A stretch of DNA of 64,000 nucleotides from Squalus acanthias. Lineage: Eukaryota. Below are positions 1-11,039 of this stretch, in pieces; within the stretch, counting starts at the first letter, position 1, and every line of letters begins with the position of its first letter. The position numbers and the translations under genes are program-made. The DNA lies in assembly GCA_030390025.1 (NCBI GenBank), contig CM059440.1, positions 69,998,001-70,062,000 on the forward strand, given 5' to 3'. Under the pieces are notes generated by a model. That model was given only the letters and a program-made list of their open reading frames with translations. It was not told where the DNA came from and searched no databases.

Positions 1-1707
1 TGTTCTCCATGCCAGAAGCCATTTCCTCAGTAGGGGCCTAGAAGCGGCTTGTTATCAGTCGTTGACAGATGGCCCTTGCAGTTTCTACATTGTGGGCCTC
101 CCTCCCACCTTGGTGCTGCTGCTGATCATCCTCCTCCTCTTCCTCCTCCTCTTCCTCCTCCTCCGGTGGTGCTCCAAGGCCTGGTGGCATTGGCTGGGTC
201 CTGAGGATTGCCAGGTTATGAAGAATGCAGCACACAACTATGAAGAGGGAGACTCGCTCAGGCGAGTACTGCAGGGCTCCTCCTGAGTGGTCCAGACAGC
301 GGAACCGTTGCTTGAGCACGCCGATCGTCTGCTCAATGATGTTCCTGGTGGCGAGATGGCTCTCGTTGTACCGCAGCTCAGCAGGGGTGTTGGGGTTACG
401 GAGCGGTGTCATCAGCCAGGTGCAGAGTGGATAACCCTTGTCCCCGAGGAGCCAACCACTTGGCTGATGCCGTGCCTGGAAAGGTTCTGGCACACCAGTC
501 TGGCGCAGGATGAAAGCATCGTGGCTGCTGCCAGGATAGCGGGCATTGACAGCGAGTATCAGCTGTCTGTGGTCACAGACCAACTGGATGTTTGAGGAGT
601 GGAACCCCCTGTGGTTTCGGAAAACCTCTGCATTCTCATGCGGTGCCCTCAATGCCACATGCGTGCAGTCAATGGCGCCCTGCACCATGGGGAAGCCCGC
701 TAGCCTCACAAAGCCCAATGCGCGTTCATGCTGTTTGGCCCGGGTCATCGGGAAAGAGATGTACTGGCGTCTCCTTTTATAGAGGCCATTTGTTACCTCC
801 CGGATACAGCAATGGACCGCGAACTGGGAGATATTGGCGATGTCTCCAGTAGCTGCTTGAAAGGAGCTGGTGGCATAAAATTTCAGAGCCACTGTGACCT
901 TCACTGCCACCGACAGAGACGTCCTGGTCCTCAGTTGAGGCTGCAGATCTGGCTGCAGCAGGTGGCAGAGCTCAGTGACCACTCCTTGCTGAAGCGCAGC
1001 CTGTGCAAACACTGCTCCTCAGACAAATTAATGTAGGAGAATTGTTCCCGGAATACCCTGGGGGGGGGTAAGGTCTCCTGTGCAGAGGCCTGTTGGCCCT
1101 CCTCCATCTGGCCATGATTGCCACTCTCTCTCTGCGTCTCTGATGCCTCCAATTCTGCAGGCGCAGGACGACACCTCGAATCAGTGCAGCCCCCACAATC
1201 TCTTGGCAATCGAAGTAATGAAGGTCAAATCCAAAAGTACCTGCAAAGTGATGCTCAGTAGCCAAAACTACTTCACACAGCATTGACTCCACACAGAAGT
1301 CTCTCTATCTCTCTCAGAATCTCTCTCTCTGTCAGGATGAGTGGTGCAAAAATGTCTACCACAGAAAAAGCCAGGAAGAGGGCGCCTTTAAATAGTGCCC
1401 CCCCCCCCAGCCCCACACCGACTGGGAAACGTTCCAGTCTCCCTGTTGTTGCTTGCGCCAGGCGGAAAGGAGGGGGCGCCACTCAATATCCGGTCTGGGG
1501 CACCACCAGGGCGTTACACGTTCGACTGACGTCACGATCTGCGGGCGCAGCAGATCGGGGCGGTAAACTTTTGCGGCGCCGCAAAAACTCTAGTCAATTA
1601 AGGGAGCGGCGCAAACATCGCCGCGCCCGGGCGCTAGTTGCTTTGTGCCCCATTAGCGCCCTCTTAAGGCACAAACGGGAGGCGCAAACAAACGGAATTT
1701 TTCCCCC
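1..1707 (-). mobile_element. PIF/Harbinger DNA transposon, partial (continues left of the window)
   Basis: Terminal inverted repeat ...GAATTTTTCCCCC ends at 1707; CpG-rich subterminal region shared with 4489-5381 and 46459-47354; contains a Harbinger transposase. Confidence 0.9.
38..1197 (-). pseudogene. Harbinger (HARBI1-like) DDE transposase with two N-terminal frameshifts
   Basis: Motifs GAIDCTH, YPGSSHDAFIL, LLGDKGYPL, IEQTIGVLKQRFRCL, CCILHN; N-terminus split across ORFs 972..1292, 931..1209 and 38..1012 (shifts near the G-run at ~1060 and at ~980); poly-Glu C-terminal tract. Confidence 0.9.
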
Positions 1708-2064
1708 GTTATCATTGTGTGTGACAGTGAATGAGCATACATTGTGCTGCTAAGTTGTATTCGAAGAATTCACTGTTTGAAGCCATTTAAGATTTTAATG
1801 AGACAACAGTTTCAGATATAAGTTGTAGTTTGTACTGAGGCTTGATTGCCCGAGTGAGAAGTCAGGGAGTAATTTTCCAGAGTGTTTCCTGACATTGCCT
1901 TAGGTTTGTTTTATTCTCTGTCTTTCATACTCCCCCACGAGTTAACGGTTGGTGAGGGCGGTGCACAAGTCTAACGGATAGCACCGTCTAACAGAGCATG
2001 GATGGACCGACTAGTCTTTCCTCATCCATCCTTTCCTATATTTGTGTGAGTCACTCTCTCGTAC

Positions 2065-2126
2065 CTTCAAGTAGCCAGTTGAAGAGCAGCATCAGTGGAG
2101 GTCTTGGAGCAGGTTCATCAAGTTGC
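2065..2126 (-). other. Candidate 62-bp host exon
   Basis: Minus strand: long polypyrimidine tract then CCAAAG acceptor, donor GAAG|GTACGA; one open frame QLDEPAPRPPLMLLFNWLLE; no homology recognised. Confidence 0.3.
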
Positions 2127-3205
2127 CTTTGGTCAACAGGAGGAAGGAGAACAGGAGGCAAAAGAAGAAAAAAAAATCAAAGACTAACCTCTCCAAATAG
2201 AAAACAGCAAAAAATAATGACAGAAACATGTATTATCTTATATATATATATTGCTTTGTTGCAGAAGATTACTTCTTATATACATTCACTAATATGCATT
2301 TACCTTACTGAGTAAGCGATGTCAGGTTTGAATACAGTATTCTGGAAGCCTGCATGCTGTATTCCTAATTCTGCTCACATAACATTTTCCCTGTGGATGC
2401 CCCTTTGCTAATTTCTTTTTTCCACTAAATTATTTTTGTGAAGCTGGTGAGTAAACTGTGGAAAATAACTCGAAAGGGGCTGAGCTGATGAACAGTCTGT
2501 GGCCCATGTCGAAAGGTGCTAGGTTCAGATTAACAGCTCATCCATCATATGAGCTGCATGAGACAGGGAGAGGATAGCCATGCAACCGCTGAGAGTTCCA
2601 CCCCCAACAAGCCTGCTGCTCTCAAACAGATGTTGGGCACCTTTCCCTAGCTGTCGCAGACAGAAATTATTTGATAAGAAATTTACATATTTAAAAGCAG
2701 CACGAAGCATAATTAGTGAAGAGTTTAAATTCAAAGTATGAAGGATCGACTACAACAGACATTCTTCAGGTTCCGAGCCTCCTATCTGTTGTTAAAGGGG
2801 CATTGTCATTCTGGTTAAGTGAGAGGGCTGTAATTTTACTGGGCTTGTAAACAAGAGATCCGAATTGGTTTGATTTGTGATGCAATGCCAACGTACCCCT
2901 GACTGAACTAAAACAAAACGAAAATGATTAAAATTAAATTACAAAGCCTCACGAACTTTGCGTCACAGTGCTTTTGTGCGTCTTTACTGCGGCAGTGCAG
3001 ACTTTCCTGGCGGACAGTTCCCGCCTGACAAAATGACAGCCTGTGGAAACAGGATTTTCACAATGGACTGTTTTTGGCTATCTCAGGATCTAAGACCAAC
3101 TGAAAGCTCCTTGAAAAGGTCATTCCAACTACACCTCTACCAATGTTAGTTTAAATGTGAGAAGTCGCACAACACCAGGTTATAGTCCAACAGCTTTATT
3201 TGAAA

Positions 3206-3242
3206 TCACAAGCTTTCAGAGCGCTGCTCCTTCGTCAGGTGA
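3206..3242 (-). ncRNA. Minimal hammerhead ribozyme motif (inverted copy, one stem II change)
   Basis: Reverse complement of 3311-3347. Confidence 0.6.
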
Positions 3243-3310
3243 AGTGAAGAGATGCATATAGGCATATAGTCTCTGACTATATATGCTGTGCCTAATTGCA
3301 TCTCTTCACT

Positions 3311-3347
3311 TCACCTGACGAAGGAGCAGCGCTCCGAAAGCTTGTGA
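3311..3347 (+). ncRNA. Minimal type I hammerhead ribozyme motif
   Basis: TCAC-CTGACGA-A-GGAGC-AGC-GCTCC-GAA-AGCT-T-GTGA: CUGANGA and GAAA core, stem I TCAC/GTGA, stem II GGAGC/GCTCC, palindromic AGCT stem III. Confidence 0.8.
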
Positions 3348-4488
3348 TTTCAAATAAAACTGTTGGACTATAACCTGGTGTTGTGTGACTTCTCACATTT
3401 GTCCACCCCAATCCAACACCGGCATCTCCACATCAATGTTAGTTTAATTCTCGTGCACTGTCGGCATCGACAACTCTCACAATCCCATGTTCTGATGTCA
3501 TTATTTAATCAAAATGATCATAAGTAAAATAGAAACTAACAAGAAGATGTACGGGCATGGAATTCTTAACAACCAGAAAAGGTAATTTGGCCAAACCAGC
3601 TTACAGCTTTGATTGATATCAGTCCAACATACTCACCTTCTCAACATGTTACCCAATCCTCTTTCCCGTGCAGAAACACATTTAGCTGCCTCATGAACCT
3701 ACTTCATTATTCACTACAATGGCCTTCCCTAGTAACTTACTCCACAAGTCTATTGCTCTTCGGAGGATTTTGCAGTGTTTGAAGCTTCTGTCCAAAGCAT
3801 AGGGGAGCTTCATTAGCCTTTGCAAAAAGGGTGGGATTTGCAACATTATATTTTATGGCACGCGGATGTGCTTGACGCCAGTTCCCCAAATGGAAACCTG
3901 GTGAGAAAGGGTCTCAGGTTGGTCCTGCCGACAGGCATACCTTTCAAAGATCAACAGGCATACCTGTCAAACTTGTGTGCCTACAGGAGTTTTAAAGGCC
4001 CTTTTCATAATTTTGTTCCTATTATTTTCTGTTTGCACTCAGGCTTTGTGCCAGTTTTTATCTTGGCCCCCCAGCTCCCTTTCCTGGTACCACTGAGTTT
4101 TCCAATGGGGATCCTATGAGCTGACATGTCTCAGGGGAAGGGAAGAACCTGTGGAGGGTTTTGCCAGGCAGGTCAGTCTGCCTCAGAGGTGCTCCATACC
4201 CTTCCAGCAGCACCTGCACACTGTATCTAAGGACAGAGGTCACATTACTTTGCTTTAGAAGACATTATGCTGATGAGGTTCCTCTTCCCAAAGAAGAGTG
4301 TGCCAACAGCCTTCCAGTAGCATCACTAAGGGATGTAAATGCCTAACTAGCCAACATGCTGAAAGGTCCTTCATGATACCCAATCACAGCATATCATGCT
4401 TTACATGGTACTGCATGAATGAAGGCATACCAGGATGATCAGGAGCCAGCTTGGGCTGTTTGGTTGCACCTGCCAAGATAGAGTCATA

Positions 4489-5381
4489 GGGGTAAAAATT
4501 CAGTTGGTTGCGCCTCCCGTTAGCGCCTTAAGAGGGCGCTAATGGGGCGCAAAGCCGCTAACGCCCGGGCGCAGCGATGTTTGCGCCGCTCGGGAACTTA
4601 ACTAGAGATTGTGCGGCGGCGCTAAACTTTACCGCTGCGACCACCTGCGCGCGCAGATTGTGACGTCATTCCATGGTGCAACGCCCTTGTGGCGCCCCGG
4701 AGCGGAAATTGAGTGGCGCCCCCTGCCTTACCGCCTGGCGCATCCAACGACCAGAAGACTGGAACGCTATCAATCGCTGTGGGGCTGGGGGGGGCGCTAT
4801 TTAAAGGGGGCCTCTTCCTGTCTTTTATTGTTGGTGGCATTTTTGAACTACGCATTCTGAGAGAGAGAGGGAGAGACTTCTGGAGAGATTCAACGTTGTG
4901 TGAAGGAGTTTTGGGTACTGAGCAGCACTTTGCAGGTTCATTTTGATTTGCCATTCCTTGTGTCGATTTAGCAGAGACTATGGGAGCTGCACTCTGAGCT
5001 CTTTGCCTGGTACTCTCCATTGTTCTTTCCAGCACATTTGATGTGCAAGTCTCTCCAGGCCGAGATTCAAGGCTGCAATGAACAGGATGTGGATGGAAAG
5101 CAAGATTAAGCATCCCCTTTAAGAACTGGCCCGTGCCATTGTGTGTGTGTTCCATTGCTGACTGACATTACATGAGCTTCGTCAGCGCTCTGAGTTAGCG
5201 CCTCACTCCTTGGCCTTTGCGCCTTAAGACAGGTGTGCAGCACTTGATTTAGCGCTCCACTCACCTCCTGGGGCGGTAAAAGTGAAGTTTCCAGTCAGTG
5301 CCGATAATTAGCGCCAGGCGCTAATATTTGCGTCCAGACGATATTTGCGCCCCAAATGGGGCGCGACCTAATTTTTCCCCC
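4489..5381 (+). mobile_element. Non-autonomous Harbinger derivative (MITE)
   Basis: TIRs GGGGTAAAAATT / AATTTTTCCCCC; TSD ATA; first ~500 bp match the end of the 1-1707 element; inserted in a CR1 (CATAGAGT)n tail. Confidence 0.9.
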
Positions 5382-6068
5382 ATAGAGTCATAGAGTTATA
5401 CAGCACAGAAAGAGGCCCTTCGGCCCATCGTGTCTGCGCCGGCCATCAAGCCCTGTCTATTCTAATCCCATTTTCCAGCACTTGGTCCGTAACCTTGTAT
5501 GCTATGGTGTTTCAAGTGCTCGTCTAAATGCTTCTTGAATGTTGTGAGGGTTCCTGCCTCTACCACCCTTTCAGGCAGTGAGTTCCAGATTCCAACCACC
5601 CTCTGGGTGAAAAAGTTTTTCCTCAAATCCCCTCTAAACCTCGTGCCCCTTACCTTGAAACTATGCCCCCTGGCTATTGACCCCTCTACTAAGGGGAAAA
5701 GTTCCTTTCTATCTACCCTATCTATGCCCCTCATAATTTTGTACACCTCAATCAGGTCCCCCCTCAGCCTTCTCTGCTCTAAGGCAAACAACCCCAGCCT
5801 GTCCAGTCTCTCTTCATAGCTGAAGCGCTCCAGCCCAGGTAACATCCTGGTGAATCTCTTCTGCACCCTCTCCAATGCAATCACATCCTTCCTATAGTGT
5901 GGCGACCAGAACTGCACACAGTATTCCAGCTGTGGCCTAAGTAACGTTTTGCACAGCTCCATCATAACCTCTCTGCTCTTATATTCTATGCCTCGGCTAA
6001 TGAAGGCAAGCATCCCATATGCCTTTTTAACCACCTTATCTACCTGTCCTGCTGCCTTCAGGGATCTT
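5382..6068 (-). mobile_element. CR1 LINE 3' fragment
   Basis: ORF 5462..6034 RPQLEYCVQFWSPHY...RRLRGDLIEVYK...FFTQRVV is the CR1 ORF2 C-terminus; octamer tail. Confidence 0.9.
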
Positions 6069-6432
6069 CAGATGCCGCCACTCATTTCTGCAGGGCTGTG
6101 GGGACCTGTCTTCTGGGGATCAGGGTCATCAGGGAAATGCAGTGACAGTAATGGTCAGCTGTGGTGTGAAACTTGGCTGCACTTCCCTGCAGGCACGCTG
6201 CAATGCTGACCTATGGGATGGGGCGGTGGAGAGGCACAGAGGATAACCCTGCTCATAAGCAGCATGTGCAGCATCTTGATTTCGGCAGCCATTAAAAAGC
6301 AGCTCGAGTGCTGGGCTGCTCCGTCACTTGTCTCTAGATTCATGCCTGCACATACGATCCCCATTTTGGCCCACCACTTTTTAATCCCCTCCCCATTCTT
6401 GCCTTAAAAAGGGCTGCTGATGAGTTGCAACG

Positions 6433-7235
6433 CCTTTTTTTAAATTTGTTTATGGGATGTGGGCGTCATTGGCAGGGCCAGCATTTATTGCCCATCCCTA
6501 ATTGCCCTTGAGAAGGTGGTGGTGAGCCGCCTTCTTGAACCGCTGCAGTTCGTGTGGTGAGGGTACTCCCACAGTGCTGTTAGGGAGGGAGTTCCAGGAT
6601 TTTGACCCAGCGACGATGAAGGAACGACGATATACTTCTAAGTCAGGATGGTGTGTGACTTGGAGGGGAACTTGGAGGTGGTGGTGATCCCATGCACCTG
6701 CTGCCCTTGTCCTTCTAGATGGAAGAGGTCGCGGGTTTGGGAGGTGCTGCCGAAGAAGCCTTGGTGAGTTGCTGCAGTTCATCTTGTAGATGGTACACAC
6801 TGCAGCCACGGTGCATCGGTGGTGGAGGGAGTGAATGTTTAAGGTGGTGGACGGGGTGCCAATCAAGCGGGCTGCTTTATCCTGGATGGTGTCGAGCTTC
6901 TTGAGTGTTGTTGGAGCTGCACTCATCCAGGCAAGTGGAGAGTGTTCCATCACACTCCTTGACGTAAGAAAACTACTAGGCACTTGGTCTAAGCGTTAAA
7001 CAAAGCTTTAATCAACTGTTTTACAACATGGAGGTCTAGTTGTGTCCTTCACTAGTTCCTGTTAAGAATGTCCTGCGCAAGCTGGGCCCGTGCCCGAGTA
7101 TTTATACTCTCCCTGGACAGCGCCACCCGCAGGCCACTCAGTATTATTTCATAAGTCTTTCTTTCATGAATGACAGATTCATGTCACTCCTTACTTGTGC
7201 CTTGTAGATGGTAGAAAGGCTTGGGGTCTCCAAAG
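6433..7235 (-). mobile_element. LINE family B (CR1/L2 group) 3' fragment, interrupted by a solo LTR
   Basis: Matches the 3' end of 24322-26210 (RSVMEYSPLAWMSA...HHHLLKGN; CCCACATCCCAT + A-rich tail). Confidence 0.85.
6960..7186 (-). mobile_element. Solo LTR (~227 bp)
   Basis: TGAC...GTCA termini, 5-bp TSD CTCCT, TATAAATA followed by ATTAAA on the minus strand. Confidence 0.8.
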
Positions 7236-8539
7236 ACTTTCTCAATTTTTGTTCCCTCCCCCCCACTCCGAAAGTCCGCTTTAACTGCCCCCATCCCTAC
7301 ATGCAATTTTCCTTCCCCACCACTAGTGGCATCCCTGGAACATCTGAGTTTGCTCCGAGGGTTATGAATAATGATGGGAATGTGCTTAGACTGGAGGTTG
7401 AATGCTATTTGCACTTGAGATTCAGGTGGGTATAAAAGCATTGCAAACCAAATTCGAACTGACCGACACCTGAAGATGAAAATCACCCCCTGTGCGTCTG
7501 GCTGCTGACTCTGTCACCCACTGACAGAGCTGTGGTGGTGATAATGAGGAATCACAAAAAAGTAGAGATAATTGCTTCTTAAATAAAAAAGGAATGGGGA
7601 AGAAATGAATAGTTGCTTCTCTTTGTGTTGGCTTTGCCTTTCTGCGCGAGTGGGAACAGACTGAAATATCTTATCCCTGAGGATTACCGTTGCAGCTTCC
7701 CAGCAGCACTGTACAATGGAACCAAAGTGCTGCACAAGCAAGATATTTTAAACTTAATCACAGAATGCATGTGTGTCAGGAAGCCTAATACTGTACTGTA
7801 ATTAAAATGAGTGCTGATTGATAAGGGTAAAATCAGCCAAGGCACGTGATGTTGGAGAGTCTCACCATCAGCATTGTGTTTAATGGGAATGCTGATGGTG
7901 AGACGCTCTCTTTAAAACAAGTAATGATAATGTGACATCCGCTATAAATGGCATGCTACTGGGCAGATATCCTCATTAAAATGATTGCTGGTGTGAGGAT
8001 CGCTCATCAAAATGGATTTTGATAGTGATCATCCTAGTATAAAAAGGCACTCTTCCAATCAACATGTCTTTTCATCCCATTAGTTTGTGTTACATTCAAG
8101 CCTGTGTCCCAGGGGTGAAAAAACATTGCCCCAGCCACCAACACCAACCTACCTCCTCCTCCCACATAATTACTTAATGTGTGTGGGAGTTTTACACAAT
8201 AAATTTAAAAAGGGGTCATCACATTGGGAGCCAAGATTCTTAATACCTCATTTATAAGGTAGAGCTCCCATTGATTACCATGATCACAGTATAAATGATA
8301 CTGTGCTGTTGGAGGCTTCAGACGTTAAAAGAACAGTGGTGCGCTTTTATTTATATTTTTTCCAAACTTAAAAAGGCCACCACTAGTTTTGAGAAAGTGT
8401 CAGTCAGACTCAATTTCTGTACAGCAGGAAAAACCTACTCCACTAATTCAGTATCAGCTACTTTCAGAACATCTAGCTCACCTTCTAGCATCCTAGCATG
8501 ATTCAACGATAATGGAATTGTTGACTAATCATAGCAATC

Positions 8540-8990
8540 AATCGCTATCAATGAGTCCACAACACACCCAGACAGGACACGAGAAAACCCCAATAGTGGA
8601 GAGCTTTGGGAACCATAGGTCCAAAGCCACCTGTTCCTTCCATGCATGTTACACTTACCATGTCATGTCTCAAATTACTCATATAATGTAACACAAAATG
8701 CTATTTTCTGAAATAAATCTATCTAATTTGCATTTGAATAAATCGATATTAGCTGCTTCCGCCAGCTCCTTAGAGGGCCTGCCCATAGATTGACCTCTCG
8801 CTCACTGAAATATTGATTCCGCAGATTAGTTTTGAACTAACCCCCAGCCCTTCAAGAGTAGGCCGTGTCCTCTGCTTCTACTGTTCTGGACAAGGCGAAA
8901 CAGCTTGCCATGGCCTACATTATCTAGTCCCTTTAGAATCCTAAAAACAGTAATCATATCACCTCTTAAACTTCTCTTTTCCATGGAGAA
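8540..8990 (-). mobile_element. Old CR1 3' fragment
   Basis: ORF 8826..9107 SLRGDMITVFRILKGLD...SRSRGH. Confidence 0.6.
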
Positions 8991-9315
8991 CATTCCCTTT
9001 ATCTGCTGGTGGACAGTATATGCCACGTCACTTTGTTTCAGTTTTCTGTGATTTCTGTGCTTATCAAGGTGAAGGATGCTGGTGCCGTGCAATGAAGCAC
9101 CTGCCATTTCAGGTAGCCAGCATCCGCATCAAACACTCGCAAGTTACTTACAGCATGGTTAGATGTAGATTAATCCTCCTGCTACTCTGCCCCATTCTGT
9201 TTGTGGCTTTTTTAAAAAAAATAAACTGTCCATGACCTAGAACATTTTTAGCAGCATGTCATCAATACACACTTCTGTTTACAAAACAGTGAGAATCGCG
9301 TGCCAGAAACATAGT

Positions 9316-9491
9316 GGGGGAGAAATTGGTCTTGGGTGGCAGTGCAAAATGGACGGTATCGGATCGGATTGGCTGCCCATTATCCGCCCGCCTGATATTC
9401 AATTCCACTAACTGCAATGGAACTGAATATCGGGCGAGTATTTAATCGGTGGCCAATGCAATACCGCCCATTTTGCGCCAGTTTCTACACC
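9316..9491. mobile_element. Short palindromic Harbinger-type MITE
   Basis: GGGGGAGAAATTGG / CCAGTTTCTACACC termini, TSD AGT, internally self-complementary. Confidence 0.7.
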
Positions 9492-11039
9492 AGTGGCTTT
9501 TTAAAGATTAAAGATATTTAAAGAATTTCATTCATCCCTCCAGGTTATTGTTTCATTTTTTTTTATATATATAGATATATTGAGTTAGGAGTTAAGGCAA
9601 CACTTCCTCACCTAATCTGTTCCACCCCCCGCCCTCCTGCCATCCTATCTCCAGGCCAGCTACAGTGACAGACACAATAATGAATCTATCACATCTCACA
9701 CTACCTGAGAATGACTGCCAGGCTTCATGTGGCTTGAAGCACACATCCACAATTGAAAACAATTGGCCTATTGAGAGTTATAGCAGCATTGCTCCACTTT
9801 TCTATAAAAACAGTAATTTGTCAATTTAAAACATGTATTTATTGTAAATTTGGCAGTTTGTTAGCAGTAGAATCAGAACACCTGTAATTTTACCAAATGA
9901 AGGGATATCACTCCTTTAATAGAACCATTCCCTAAATATAAAGCAGCCTGATTTTATGACTCCTTCCTTCATTATCTTTAAGTCTGTTGCTATAAATGTA
10001 CTTTAAATATATATATAGTGATTCAATGTACTGACAGATTCGCACTGTAAAAAATATGGCAATGAGCTCACGTGTTGTCTTCACAATAGCAGCGATTCGC
10101 AAGCTAATGACGTCAGGGCACATAATCCAATGCTCATTGTTGACAGAAAGTCAAAATCTTGCAGACAACATGCCAAACCACCAGTGGCCGTTTTACACCC
10201 TCCAACACTTTTCTGCAGCTCAGAAACTTGCCCATTACATTCAAAAGATCCGATCAGATAATTGGATTTCTATGTAAATCGAAAGCATCCAATTAGAAGA
10301 TCAGATTTTCTTCCACATGCTGCAATGTTAAGGTATTGCAGGATATAGACTACAAAACTCTCAGCAGAAGCAGTAATGCAATTATAAAAGAATAATCAGG
10401 TTTATAAATTTAAATATCTTTATATTGAGAGCGTGGTTATACTTAATTAAGACATTTTCTCTTCATATTTTAACAAGATCGCAGGATTATTTTAACAGTT
10501 GACTGGTGTTAGGAGTGAGCTCCGGCACCCGAATAGGTAAGGCCTAATCCACATCCTACATGGCTACCCGTTACATTATTGTCATCTTAGCCAACCGACA
10601 CTTGGAGCTTGACATTTCCTGTAACTAGGTTGCTTGCCTCAGTTATACAGTGAGAATTCTACATACTCTCCTTAAAGTATCTGAAGGGCCGCAAATCAAA
10701 AGTCTCAGAGGACTAGAAATTCATTATAGCCAAGAAATGGCCAGTGTTTAGACTAAAAAAGATTAAGCTGCGCCACCCAAAAATCATCTAGGATTCACGC
10801 AAGATTCGTGCTCACTCCTCATTAAAATGATTGTAGTCATGATTCTAGTCTAAAAACTCGAGCTCTTTGGCGTTACACTGAAAAGCTGGACCAATATCGG
10901 GGGCAGTCTAATTGCAAGTCATGATTGCCACAGGTTTTTTCCACTACCTAAAGGGGAGGTTCATTGATGCTGCAGCACCTCATTGTAAGGCTTGCTGGGT
11001 CTGCGGCTGCCCCAACAGCAAAGCAAACAACAGTCAGAA

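Larger units (their letters stand above)
3155..3434 (+). mobile_element. Penelope-like (family A) palindromic 3' mini-element
   Basis: Inverted arms of ~115-130 bp plus unpaired tail GTCCACCCCAATCCAACACCGGCATCTCCACATC; TSD AATGTTAGTTTAA at 3142-3154 and 3435-3447; same 3' end as the GIY-YIG-bearing copy at 19217-19916. Confidence 0.85.

Noticed and set aside
38-1012. Domesticated host HARBI1 gene
   Set aside because: Lies next to a TIR shared with MITE copies, has N-terminal frameshifts and has a decayed paralogue at 14645-15792; it is a transposon copy
1430-1700. CpG-island host promoter (also 34910-35200 and 45530-46130)
   Set aside because: The CpG-rich segments fall inside TIR-bounded young transposons
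62-1753. Plus-strand ORFs opposite the transposase, and similar shadow ORFs over LINEs throughout the window
   Set aside because: Antisense or alternative-frame by-products of TE sequence with no recognisable domains
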